Shown piece by piece: positions 50,954 through 60,104 of a DNA stretch of 64,000 bases. The DNA is taken from the sequence record OR621298; one strand, written 5' to 3'. The DNA comes from Escherichia phage vB_EcoD-Elw. Numbering within the stretch: position 1 is the stretch's first letter; each line of letters opens with the position of its first letter. Made by a program: the position numbers and the translations under genes. Below the pieces are notes generated by a model. That model was given only the letters and a program-made list of their open reading frames with translations. It was not told where the DNA came from and did no database searches.

Positions 50954-52876
50954 TTAGGTAAGGCGTTGAATTATAAGTTTAATATTTGGTAAGCATGCTT
51001 TCATGCCAATTATATTGCTCATAGAGGATTCTAACCAAATAGAGATATTATTATTTCCATCATTTCTCATATAGTATGTTAGAGTATAGTAACCCGTTTG
51101 ACCTACGGATCCTGGCAACCCAGATACCCAGTACGGAGTTGGAGTATACCCAGCAGCCTGTAATTTACAAGCATTTACTACAGTACCTTTAATAGTAAAA
51201 AATGGTACATATTCTCCTGCAGGTAGGGACAATATTTGGTGAAGTTTTTTATCAATAGTATTGCCACCCATTCTAAACCTACTATCGCCATATTCAGCGC
51301 CTTTAGATAGCATTTCCGTAGGATTAAAGCAGCCAATACCTCCTGCAGACAACCATGTGTCATCTAGGAACTCCATAGTACATACAATTGCACCATTTCT
51401 ACTACTATTAAGATCTAGTCCCACGGTACCAACATGCACGGAACCATTACCCTGAAATACTATGTTACCAGATAGTACAGTACTTCCGCTACCACCTAGA
51501 AGTCTTAAAGGTAGAAGATTTTCACTCCAAACGTCCCCATAATTACTCCCTATTTTTGGAGGATTACTAGAAACATACCAAGATGCTGAAGGTAAAAAGT
51601 TATAAATACTAACTACATTAGTATTTAAACCACCAACGTTACCACCCTTAATACTTGGTGCGTTATTGCTTTCTGTGGTTGGTAGTCCAAATGTTGCTAT
51701 GCCAGAGATCCCAGTAGAGGGGCCACCCATACTCAAGTTACACCCAACATCACGAAAATCAGCTCTGCTCCCTACATTAAAGTTTTTCTCAACAAAGTTG
51801 ATAAACTTCCAAGATGTATTATTAACGTTAATACCTTTAATAATAAATTCAGTGGGGCTTAATTTTATATCATTACCTGTAAATAATCCAGCATCAATAC
51901 TATAACCTGAACCATTATACACTAAGTTAGTAACATACCAGGTAATTTTAGATGGATAAATACCGAGGTGCTCACTATATATACCTATGGGCCCATTAGC
52001 AGCATCATTCGGATCACCCATACTTTCCCAATACGCATAGTTAGTGGGATCAGCACGTGCGAAACCTACAGAGTACTTAGGAGCCGAGGGATTGCTAGGA
52101 TTAGACATAAAGTTAAGAGCCCCTGAACTCGACGCCCCATGTACAGCTCCAGCAGTGGTGTAGTTGGGCCCTTCCATACCATAAAGAACTCTATTACAAG
52201 ACCTACCACGAACATATATGGCGTTAAATCCAAAGTTTCTAGCTCCGGGATGCCTAACGTAGTCGCTAGGGATAGTTAGAGTTCCTGAATCCGGCACTAC
52301 ATATCCTGAACCATCCCAGGCAGACTTATAAAGAGCGGCACCCCCTAAATACATTGCACTAGATGCAAACCCTCTACGCCCACTAAAGGCGCCAAACATA
52401 TGCTGACATCCAGTACCGTCTCTTAATTTCTGGGGGATCGTACCGCTAGTACCACTATTAAAATAGCCTACATCAAGAGATAGATCAGCACTAGCTGTTA
52501 TTTGTGTTTTTAAACCACCTTGAGACATGACCTGCGGATTTATAATTCCATACGCTTTAGCTCCTACCCCCATAGACATGCCAGATAGCATATGTCTAGA
52601 GCCATCTGAGAACTCAATCTCTGTCAGCACAACCCTATTAGGATCATTATTATGTAACTGGGTAATTCTGCTAGGCATATCAGACCAGTAGTAATCTCCA
52701 GCACCTTGATCTAGCCTCAACCCTGTGGAGTGAGTTTCTGTTATGATAACATGGGGCATATCTGAATGGAATATGGTCTGAGAGTCAGGATTAATATGTT
52801 GATTAGTATCTCCGCCACTACCCCTGCGTAGAGAGAGTATAGATTTGTTATTTAGCTTGCCAGCGAAAAAACTCAT
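50954..52876 (-). CDS. oad: receptor-binding tail protein (pb5-like)
   Basis: 640 aa; Gly/Ser/Asn-rich beta-type sequence; last late gene, beside an llp-like lipoprotein gene as in T5. Confidence 0.7.
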   Translation of the reverse strand: MSFFAGKLNNKSILSLRRGSGGDTNQHINPDSQTIFHSDMPHVIITETHSTGLRLDQGAGDYYWSDMPSRITQLHNNDPNRVVLTEIEFSDGSRHMLSGMSMGVGAKAYGIINPQVMSQGGLKTQITASADLSLDVGYFNSGTSGTIPQKLRDGTGCQHMFGAFSGRRGFASSAMYLGGAALYKSAWDGSGYVVPDSGTLTIPSDYVRHPGARNFGFNAIYVRGRSCNRVLYGMEGPNYTTAGAVHGASSSGALNFMSNPSNPSAPKYSVGFARADPTNYAYWESMGDPNDAANGPIGIYSEHLGIYPSKITWYVTNLVYNGSGYSIDAGLFTGNDIKLSPTEFIIKGINVNNTSWKFINFVEKNFNVGSRADFRDVGCNLSMGGPSTGISGIATFGLPTTESNNAPSIKGGNVGGLNTNVVSIYNFLPSASWYVSSNPPKIGSNYGDVWSENLLPLRLLGGSGSTVLSGNIVFQGNGSVHVGTVGLDLNSSRNGAIVCTMEFLDDTWLSAGGIGCFNPTEMLSKGAEYGDSRFRMGGNTIDKKLHQILSLPAGEYVPFFTIKGTVVNACKLQAAGYTPTPYWVSGLPGSVGQTGYYTLTYYMRNDGNNNISIWLESSMSNIIGMKACLPNIKLIIQRLT

Positions 52877-52895
52877 AAGTTCTCCAAAAATTTAA

Positions 52896-52924
52896 TTGCT
52901 TATGTTGCTATAATTCTGTATAAT
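52896..52924 (+). promoter_or_regulatory. sigma70 promoter for the llp-like gene
   Basis: TTGCTT 52896-52901 and TATAAT 52919-52924, 17-bp spacer; leader ataaattaaacagaggag. Confidence 0.65.
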
Positions 52925-52955
52925 AGTATTATAAATTAAACAGAGGAGAATGTAA

Positions 52956-53189
52956 ATGAAAAAATTATTTTTAGCTATGGCAGTGGTACTTCTTTCGGCT
53001 TGCTCTACTTTTGGGCCTAAAGATATTAAATGTGAGGCCTACTATGTACAAGATCATGTGAAATATAAGGCTAATGTTTTTGATAGAAAAGGGGATATGT
53101 TCCTGGTGGCACCAATCATGGCCTATGGATCTTTCTGGGCTCCAGTAAGCTACTTTACCGAGGGGAATACATGTGAAGGAGTTTTCTGA
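52956..53189 (+). CDS. llp: lipoprotein Llp-like (receptor-blocking superinfection exclusion)
   Basis: 77 aa; lipobox LLSAC; convergent with the receptor-binding gene. Confidence 0.75.
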   Translation: MKKLFLAMAVVLLSACSTFGPKDIKCEAYYVQDHVKYKANVFDRKGDMFLVAPIMAYGSFWAPVSYFTEGNTCEGVF

Positions 53190-53301
53190 GGAGAATCCCT
53201 CCCATAAACCCATGCCACTTAGGGTGGATCCTAGGTCAAAACTAGTTCACAATGCAATTGAGGTCATTCAGAACACCATATAAGATAAAATGTTATGACT
53301 T

Positions 53302-53487
53302 GTGCAATTGCTAGAATATTCCAAATACCACATTTACGGGAGTATGAAAGACATGTCAAACGGCAACAAAAGAAAGAACAGACGTGGAGAAGTGTACGAT
53401 AGCTGGATTAATAGCTTTGGGTTCGGAACTATTCTATTCTTTATTTTCGTAGGTTTTTGGTTAGCAGCTATGGCGGGGTGGATCTAA
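53302..53487 (+). CDS. small membrane protein (start uncertain)
   Basis: 61 aa with a C-terminal hydrophobic helix; internal ATG at 53344 is an alternative start. Confidence 0.4.
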   Translation: MQLLEYSKYHIYGSMKDMSNGNKRKNRRGEVYDSWINSFGFGTILFFIFVGFWLAAMAGWI

Positions 53488-53594
53488 TGGACTGGGTAAT
53501 TATTGCACTACTGGGGATTGTGATTATTGGGCAATGTATCTTAGATAATCACTTAGCTAGAATCGAAACCTTACTATCGGAGAAACGTAAATGA
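53487..53594 (+). CDS. small membrane protein, 35 aa (not in ORF track)
   Basis: ATG 53487 overlaps the upstream TAA; encodes MDWVIIALLGIVIIGQCILDNHLARIETLLSEKRK. Confidence 0.35.
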   Translation: MDWVIIALLGIVIIGQCILDNHLARIETLLSEKRK

Positions 53595-53785
53595 TGGAAG
53601 TGGCAATTACACTAATGGTAATATTAGTCTGGGCAGTTTTCATTATTTATTACACCGTGTACGTTCGCCTAAAAACGCTAGAAGCTCAAGTGAAGCAACA
53701 GCAATTTGCTATAGAAAAACTATCAGAATTGCAACGTTGTGATAGTACCCGTATTCTGCAAATTGGGAGGGAATTAGATGTTTAG
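53591..53785 (+). CDS. small membrane protein
   Basis: 64 aa; N-terminal TM helix; ATGA overlap with the upstream stop. Confidence 0.4.
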   Translation: MMEVAITLMVILVWAVFIIYYTVYVRLKTLEAQVKQQQFAIEKLSELQRCDSTRILQIGRELDV

Positions 53786-54023
53786 TATTGTAATTGCTTT
53801 TATTATCGGGATACTCGCGGGGGTTTTCGGGACAACTGCGGCAATCAACAAGCATCGTAAATATATTGCGGGAGTGACGCGGGAGATTGCGGAAAGGGAG
53901 CGGAAGTTTGACGAGAAACGTGCGGAGTTTGAGCGAGAATGGTCGGATGGATCTCGGGCGTCGCGGAAGAGATTTCGTGAGTTTAGACCTGAACATCTGT
54001 TTGATGACCCTTCTATGCGCTAA
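53778..54023 (+). CDS. small membrane protein with charged C-terminus
   Basis: 81 aa; N-terminal TM helix and Arg/Glu-rich tail; may straddle a terminal-repeat boundary. Confidence 0.35.
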   Translation: MFSIVIAFIIGILAGVFGTTAAINKHRKYIAGVTREIAERERKFDEKRAEFEREWSDGSRASRKRFREFRPEHLFDDPSMR

Positions 54024-54174
54024 TTTGACTTTTGCCAAATTTCATAAGATTACACATGGAGGTGTGTCCACTGGCTGGCTAGATGAGAATGAGTCTCATT
54101 ACCGCCCGGTACTTAGCAGGCTAATAGTCACGGCATGTTATCATTACACACCGTGACTATTTCAACTTTAATTA

Positions 54175-54909
54175 TTACGCAACTTTTAATTTCTCAATAT
54201 ATTGTTGCGGGCTGCAACTATATTCTGCGCGTTCTTCCTCGGTCATACTTTCCCAACATAATTGCAGGCGGTCGGCTAGGAACTGATAATCATTATCATC
54301 CTCAAGAGATTCATCAATAAAGGTTTCACCTATCAATGTAACCCCAATCGATAGAATATCGTTAACGGCTTGCGCGTCCAGCGTTTTAAATCCGTATGAT
54401 GCCGCCGCTGATAGCACGCCTTTATGATCATCAATCATCGTGAAATCAGCGTTCGGATATAATTGTTTAAATAACTCAAAGTAATGGCTTTTATAAATAG
54501 CGTCTTTGCTGTGGTATATCTCGCTAACTTTATCAGCCTCAAAATATTTGTGTAGTGTATCGCGGGAAAATACACGGATATTACTATCCCCACGCCCTCG
54601 CAATCCTTGTTTGCGCAAATAATAATAATCCGACTTGCTCATTAGTCGAGCGGTGCAAATAATGTTTAACGTGTTAACGTCATTCATACATTGGCGCATA
54701 TATGTAACAAGGGGCAATAGTGTATCTTGCATTATTAAATCATGTTTGCAGGCTTCATTTTTATACTTATTTAAATCTAAATTGCCCTCGCTATCAAAGC
54801 AAGGCGCTACGCGATGGAAAGAATTAATGATAGTGCCGTCCAGATCCCAAATCATGACGCGGGAAATATGCGGGAAATTACGGGTAATATTCGTTTTAAC
54901 TTGATTCAT
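54175..54909 (-). CDS. dmp: HAD-family 5'-deoxyribonucleotidase (dmp-like)
   Basis: 244 aa; HAD motif I WDLDGTII and C-terminal MIDDHKG; first gene of the pre-early block. Confidence 0.7.
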   Translation of the reverse strand: MNQVKTNITRNFPHISRVMIWDLDGTIINSFHRVAPCFDSEGNLDLNKYKNEACKHDLIMQDTLLPLVTYMRQCMNDVNTLNIICTARLMSKSDYYYLRKQGLRGRGDSNIRVFSRDTLHKYFEADKVSEIYHSKDAIYKSHYFELFKQLYPNADFTMIDDHKGVLSAAASYGFKTLDAQAVNDILSIGVTLIGETFIDESLEDDNDYQFLADRLQLCWESMTEEERAEYSCSPQQYIEKLKVA

Positions 54910-54989
54910 TTTGTTACGTTCTCCATTTAAGGGATTAGATTAATTCAGCATTACCCGCTATTTATAAGCGGGTAATAATAAATTAACTA

Positions 54990-55382
54990 TTAAAGACCAT
55001 ACGCCAACGCATCAGCAATAAAACTAATATCTTCACCAGATACACCGGAACGAATGCCCGCGCAGGTATATACCTTTGCGCTGGTCAATTGATCATCGAG
55101 GCAAGCGGGGCAAGGCGCGACAACTGCAAAGGCTAGGCCGGATTTTACGGCGTCGATGATAATCGTTTCTTGTTTCACAGTGTCAACATAAACACCTTTT
55201 GCTTTAATATGGCTAGTTAGTTTACCTTGCGTATAGGCAAAGGTAGTAACCTGCAAAGCGTCGTTAAAGTCCAATAGCTCATCAATAACGTGCCCCGCCT
55301 CGACGTGGTAACGTTCACCATTAGAATAAACCAGAACAATGGAAGATTGAGCGCGATCGAATGGGATATTTTGCTTTTTCAT
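54990..55382 (-). CDS. hypothetical pre-early protein
   Basis: 130-aa ORF. Confidence 0.45.
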   Translation of the reverse strand: MKKQNIPFDRAQSSIVLVYSNGERYHVEAGHVIDELLDFNDALQVTTFAYTQGKLTSHIKAKGVYVDTVKQETIIIDAVKSGLAFAVVAPCPACLDDQLTSAKVYTCAGIRSGVSGEDISFIADALAYGL

Positions 55383-55422
55383 ATTTATAAAACTCCAATT
55401 AATTTAATAAAGGGTATTTAAT

Positions 55423-55680
55423 TTACTTGATAATAATCTGCATTTGATACGGCGTTAATTCACCATTTACGGGTAAATTATTATCGCTTAGCCACTCATA
55501 AAAAGCGTCATCATCGTCAAAAGGGATAATATCATTATCACGATAATCGACCGTAATAATCCCATCCGTATTAGTTTTGGCGGCTAGGATAGGCCCGAAG
55601 CTGTAAACTTTATCGGATTCCATTTCATCCGGTGAAATAAATGCTTTTTCGTCCAGCGTTTTGGGTAATGTAACTTTCAT
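55423..55680 (-). CDS. hypothetical acidic pre-early protein
   Basis: 85-aa ORF. Confidence 0.45.
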   Translation of the reverse strand: MKVTLPKTLDEKAFISPDEMESDKVYSFGPILAAKTNTDGIITVDYRDNDIIPFDDDDAFYEWLSDNNLPVNGELTPYQMQIIIK

Positions 55681-55736
55681 TCTAATTTAGCTCCTATAAT
55701 AGCGGCTATATTTCAAGCCGCTAGGGTATTAATTAT

Positions 55737-57401
55737 TTACGCAAAAAATTTACCGTTCTTAAAATCGATCAAAGTACGCTGACCATTTGCATAGGTAATT
55801 AAATGCGTTTGTGTCCAGCTTGACGCGCCAACGTTGTAACCCATGTCCAGACTACCAGCCACGCCAGCGGTATATACCCCGCCGTAAATGCTGGCGGTAT
55901 GAGTGTGCCCCGTGTTTAATTTGCCCAATTTCTTAAACTGTTTCGGATTGCCACGGCTGCCGTTTATGCCATTGTGACCGTGTACGCCGCATTCAATGCC
56001 TGCAATTTTAAATGATTGGTCAGTCGTTAGGAAAATGGCGTTAAACTCGCAACCTGCAACCTTACGCAGCGCATAATCTAGCACGTTGAAAGTATCGTCT
56101 TTTTCTGCAATAGCTCCGTAAATCGCGGCATTCAGGCGGTGATATAGTTCCGCGTTCGCTGGGTCGTCTTTAATGTTAGCATTACGATCATCAAGCCAAC
56201 GGGATAGCGCCAAATCGTGATTCGATTCAACAATGATTGTTTGCGAGAAATCGCGCTCCATTGATTCCAGTACGCGCCCCGTATCGATGAGATCATCCAG
56301 AACTTTATCACGTCCGGCGGCGTATTGTTTTGCTAGGAATACACCCGAAGCGCGGTTGTGATGGTTGCGTGATGTAAAATCGTGAACGTCATGGATAAAC
56401 TGATATTTTGGTTTAAGAATATCAAGCAAGCTATTTTCGCCAGCCCATGACGCAATGGCACAATCATCATCAAGTTTTTCGGCGTGTATGTCGCCATATT
56501 GCAAGCCTAAAACATGCCCCGATGTTTCATAGCATCCGGCGGGAGTAGCGCAAACATTCAGATCATAAAACACCCCGCTTTCGTCCATTGTTTCAAGCTG
56601 GCGAACAAAAAACTCACCGTCTTCGTCGAACTCAACAATCAGCGCACCGAAGTTATGCAGTGCTTCCGCTTTCTGTCCTGCTTTCTGCTGGATGTAATTT
56701 TTAAGCGTTGCCGTGCCAGTTGAATACATGCGGCGCACTACTTCACCTTTTAAAGCTGGCACGCTTTCGGCGGTGATTTTAGCGTGACCAATTGCCAGAC
56801 CTTCCAGATTAAGCGCGGTTGCAGTTTCAGCGAATCCAGAAAGCGGATAATCTGCGGTGGGCAAAACATTAATTTCAGCCATGAAAGCAAAACGGCGATT
56901 ATTCAAAAACACGTTTTTGCTGCAAATATATTTATCGAACGCGGAATCATATTTTATTCCATCCGCGCCCTCGCCATTTTGGAATCCGTTTTTATTATAA
57001 ATATACTTGCTAACCAGCAAATCAGCGCCGATATATTTAGCAAATTGCTCCAGTGAGGCTAAAAAGTTTTTATGCGGGAACGTATTATTCTGAATCGATG
57101 TAATAATAAAGCGTTTGCCTTGTTTTACTTCCCAGCTTTCCACCGTGCTAGAAACAATCCCCGCCGCTTCTGGGCGCTCATCGTTTTTAATGGCTTTTGC
57201 TACTTTCGCCGCTTTCGGTTTCGCTGGTTTATTTGCTTCCAGCCAATCACAAATAGCGGTGGAATGTTTTGGAGTATCGTAAACCGCTTTTGATATATCG
57301 TCACAAACTTCCAATTTAGTGGCGCGCAGGCGTTTACCGTAGAAATTAAAGTCAGCGGCCATTTTCAGGATAACGGTTTGTTTTTCTGCGGAAATAATCA
57401 T
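55737..57401 (-). CDS. A1: A1-like pre-early protein, metallophosphoesterase-fold nuclease
   Basis: 554 aa; calcineurin-like motifs GDIH, ESNHD, HGH, GHTH; size close to the 556 aa I recall for T5 A1. Confidence 0.7.
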   Translation of the reverse strand: MIISAEKQTVILKMAADFNFYGKRLRATKLEVCDDISKAVYDTPKHSTAICDWLEANKPAKPKAAKVAKAIKNDERPEAAGIVSSTVESWEVKQGKRFIITSIQNNTFPHKNFLASLEQFAKYIGADLLVSKYIYNKNGFQNGEGADGIKYDSAFDKYICSKNVFLNNRRFAFMAEINVLPTADYPLSGFAETATALNLEGLAIGHAKITAESVPALKGEVVRRMYSTGTATLKNYIQQKAGQKAEALHNFGALIVEFDEDGEFFVRQLETMDESGVFYDLNVCATPAGCYETSGHVLGLQYGDIHAEKLDDDCAIASWAGENSLLDILKPKYQFIHDVHDFTSRNHHNRASGVFLAKQYAAGRDKVLDDLIDTGRVLESMERDFSQTIIVESNHDLALSRWLDDRNANIKDDPANAELYHRLNAAIYGAIAEKDDTFNVLDYALRKVAGCEFNAIFLTTDQSFKIAGIECGVHGHNGINGSRGNPKQFKKLGKLNTGHTHTASIYGGVYTAGVAGSLDMGYNVGASSWTQTHLITYANGQRTLIDFKNGKFFA

Positions 57402-57442
57402 AGTAATAAAACTCCATTAAAGGGATTAAAAAACGTTTGTTA

Positions 57443-57486
57443 TTGGCAAATATTGCCAAATATAACGCCTATTATTTGAGGCGTTA
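57443..57486. promoter_or_regulatory. two palindromes upstream of the A1-like gene
   Basis: ttggcaa-ata-ttgccaa (57443-57459) and taacgcct-8nt-aggcgtta (57463-57486). Confidence 0.4.
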
Positions 57487-57498
57487 TAATTTGCAACA

Positions 57499-57744
57499 TT
57501 AATTTAAAGGCATAAGGCTAGAACTAACACCACAAACAACGGCGGCAATAAAACAAATCAGACCTAAACGCTTTGCTAACTTAGATTTACGTTTAAAATA
57601 ATATGAATCTAAATCATTTTGAAAATAAGCGAATAGTAATGAGGCCGCCATAATAAATAAGCCTAGAATTAAGGATTCAGTAGGGTAAAAGATCATTTTA
57701 ATAACTCCAGTCAAAGGGAAATTATAGTGGGGAATATTCCCCAC
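57499..57744 (-). CDS. small two-helix membrane protein
   Basis: 81 aa with two hydrophobic segments. Confidence 0.45.
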   Translation of the reverse strand: MGNIPHYNFPLTGVIKMIFYPTESLILGLFIMAASLLFAYFQNDLDSYYFKRKSKLAKRLGLICFIAAVVCGVSSSLMPLN

Positions 57745-57753
57745 TAATTAAAT

Positions 57754-58170
57754 TTATTCGCCTGCGGCTTGTTTCACTTCATCGGCAACGCCTAACAGTT
57801 GCGCCACGGCGTCCAGCGTTTCCAGTTTTGCGCTTTCCAGTGATGCCAGATCGTCGGCGTCTTTGATAATGCCGGAATCGATAGCGTGTTTTGCAATAAC
57901 GCGCACATAATGCGCTTTGCGGATTGAGCTACCGCCGCCAACTTTGCGCGGCTTATCGCTTTTCTGATACGCTTTTGCGCTGGTCAATTTTGAGCGAACG
58001 GACACGGGGGAGGCCGCGCCAACTGCTTTTGCAATCTCTTTCAGGCCGTCGCTATTTGCGAAATCTAAACCGTTTTCATTAATTAACTGCTGGTACATGG
58101 TAACAGCTTTTTGGGTGTTTTCTTCATTCCATGCAAATTTTGCGGATTTTTCGGTTTTAACGTTAGCCAT
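57754..58170 (-). CDS. A2-like pre-early protein (putative)
   Basis: 138 aa; position directly upstream of A1; assignment by synteny only. Confidence 0.4.
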   Translation of the reverse strand: MANVKTEKSAKFAWNEENTQKAVTMYQQLINENGLDFANSDGLKEIAKAVGAASPVSVRSKLTSAKAYQKSDKPRKVGGGSSIRKAHYVRVIAKHAIDSGIIKDADDLASLESAKLETLDAVAQLLGVADEVKQAAGE

Positions 58171-58269
58171 GATTGTAGCTCCTATTAGTTTAATTTAAGG
58201 GATAAGATTAACATAATGTTAATCGTTATATCCCCCGAACTACTAGGGGGATATAAAGTTAACACTAAA

Positions 58270-58521
58270 TTATAAAACAGCTTCCCATTTTTCGTTACGC
58301 TGGACAACCTTTACAACGTCGCCGGATTTAACGCGAACGCTAAAAACGGTTTTGCCGTTGTTACTCCGTTCCGTTTCAGCGTATACCGCGTCGATTGTAT
58401 CGAACGGCATAAGCGCCGCGCCTTTAATGCGTTCGGCCTTTCCGGTTAATTCATCCGTTTTAGTAACGAAAGGAATAAAAACGGATTGACCAACTTTCGG
58501 CGCGGTAATAACGTTTTGCAT
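58270..58521 (-). CDS. hypothetical pre-early protein
   Basis: 83-aa ORF with AGGAG RBS. Confidence 0.45.
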   Translation of the reverse strand: MQNVITAPKVGQSVFIPFVTKTDELTGKAERIKGAALMPFDTIDAVYAETERSNNGKTVFSVRVKSGDVVKVVQRNEKWEAVL

Positions 58522-58556
58522 AATATAAACTCCTAGTTATTTGGGGATTGTTCCGC

Positions 58557-58586
58557 ATTACCTGCTAGAAAGTAACAGCAGGTAAT
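58557..58586. promoter_or_regulatory. palindrome upstream of the 83-aa ORF
   Basis: attacctgct-agaaagtaac-agcaggtaat, perfect 10-bp arms, no U-tract. Confidence 0.4.
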
Positions 58587-58719
58587 AAGTAACAATCCGC
58601 TCGCCAATATAATCAATTTAAAGAACTCCACGCAGGCCGCTATATCCCAGTTAGGGGGCGGGGCACATTATGGTAAGTGCCGACCGTCAAATTTTATCAA
58701 GTTATCGCTCTTATCGAAC

Positions 58720-58744
58720 TGGGTACATCTTAAAGCCTATCGGC
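58720..58744. repeat. 25-bp perfect inverted repeat, copy A
   Basis: tgggtacatcttaaagcctatcggc; exact reverse complement of 58988-59012. Confidence 0.85.
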
Positions 58745-58751
58745 TAGGGTG

Positions 58752-58955
58752 TCAAACAATTTTTTGCAGTTTTTTATGATTTTCTTTTAAGTCAATCATA
58801 ATATTACGCCAGATCATTTCCAGACCTTGCTGGCGGCCTTTCTTGTACTGCTTAAATCGATATTTTACCGATCTTTGCGCTACTGTCAACAAATTTTTTG
58901 TTTTGCTGTCCAGTGCCTTGCTAGGTTTACCAGTGATCAATAAAGTTTGTTTCAT
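58752..58955 (-). CDS. small basic protein enclosed by the 25-bp inverted repeats
   Basis: 67 aa, Lys/Arg-rich; ATGA-type overlap with the upstream ORF. Confidence 0.4.
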   Translation of the reverse strand: MKQTLLITGKPSKALDSKTKNLLTVAQRSVKYRFKQYKKGRQQGLEMIWRNIMIDLKENHKKLQKIV

Positions 58956-59242
58956 ATCGTCGATTCCTTATAATGTATAAGTTTACCGCCGATAGGCTTT
59001 AAGATGTACCCAATTTTTAAAGAGCGCGGCGGTAAACTTCCCGCCGTGTAGTTCGTCATTGCCGCCCTACGAGATAAATAATAGGGGATTCCCGAAAATG
59101 GCGCAACCTTATTTTTGTAAAGAAATGTAAAGACAAACGCCACCGGACACCATGCGGCGACCGGGGCGCGGCGCATTAAAATTAAAAGAAACGGGCGCGC
59201 GAATACCATAAAACCCAGCAGGTTGGCAAGTAATTTTTTCAT
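58952..59242 (-). CDS. hypothetical protein with N-terminal hydrophobic segment (doubtful)
   Basis: 96-aa ORF; weak RBS; its coding sequence contains inverted-repeat copy B. Confidence 0.3.
   Translation of the reverse strand: MKKLLANLLGFMVFARPFLLILMRRAPVAAWCPVAFVFTFLYKNKVAPFSGIPYYLSRRAAMTNYTAGSLPPRSLKIGYILKPIGGKLIHYKESTI
58988..59012. repeat. 25-bp perfect inverted repeat, copy B, with nested local stem
   Basis: gccgataggctttaagatgtaccca; flanked by gtttaccgcc (58981-58990) and ggcggtaaac (59028-59037). Confidence 0.85.
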
Positions 59243-59411
59243 TTATATTTGCCTTGCCCTACTTGACAAAACTTAAAAAGCTCGTGGTAGCGATAAACGA
59301 GGGTAGGCAATGCAATGGCATGGCTAAAACTTTCATCGCGTTCTAGGGCGTTTTAGGCGCATTCTAGCCTTGTTGATAACTTATCCCCAAAAGCAAAAAT
59401 GAAATTTTCCT

Positions 59412-59448
59412 AGTTATCCACTTGACTTTTATTTTCCAGTGGATAACT
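59412..59448. promoter_or_regulatory. inverted pair of DnaA-box-like sites
   Basis: agttatccac-17bp-gtggataact; each half is TTATCCACt, one mismatch from the consensus TTATCCACA. Confidence 0.5.
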
Positions 59449-59594
59449 ACTTATTTTATGAAATAAATTAATTGACTTTTATTTGTTAGTATGCATCGGA
59501 AGAATAGCAGACTAATAATTACTAGAATAATAATCATGCTGGTGGATTGTAACGGCCTAAACTATCAGCAGACTATTAATCACGAAAAATCTCG

Positions 59595-59625
59595 TTAGCT
59601 AACTAACTATTTCATGATGTATAAT
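59595..59625 (+). promoter_or_regulatory. candidate sigma70 promoter with early-type leader
   Basis: TATAAT at 59620-59625 followed by atacatataaatt, as in the early promoters; -35 weak. Confidence 0.35.
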
Positions 59626-59741
59626 ATACATATAAATTAATGAGAAATAATAATTATAATAAATAATAACTACAGTAAATAATAACTATAAGAAACTATC
59701 GGCCTAAGTGAGAACCACTATCATTTAAGTTATACACAAAG

Positions 59742-59811
59742 TTATCCACAGCACTTTTTGACTTTACACGATAGGCGGCGATATAAGGACTTTTACACAG
59801 ACTTATCCACA
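59742..59811 (+). promoter_or_regulatory. two consensus DnaA boxes bracketing a candidate promoter
   Basis: TTATCCACA at 59742-59750 and 59803-59811; TTGACT 59758-59763 and TATAAG 59782-59787 lie between them. Confidence 0.5.
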
Positions 59812-60104
59812 GGTTATTCCACTGTATAAATATACAGGGTAAAAAGGTAGTGTTAACAACTGCAATCAATTTTAAGCGGCTTAAATCGCATTCTAACGAG
59901 CTAAACGCTGCGGGGTAATATTAAAGTAAAGCCTTAATGCGTCACCCTGGTGGCTTCGCCGTGGTTTGCTCTTTATTGCACCGCTGCGCGGTTAGCATAA
60001 AAATAGGCGCTAGGCAAGGAAAATAAAAAGGTAAAATAATATTTGCCTATGCTAGAAATTTACCTTTATCATTCACTCACCGATTAACGAGGGAGGCCGA
60101 ACAA

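Noticed and set aside
54126-54159. Hairpin gtcacgg-18nt-ccgtgac between the small membrane ORFs and dmp as a terminator
   Set aside because: No adequate U-tract on either strand; possibly a structural element but not callable as a terminator.
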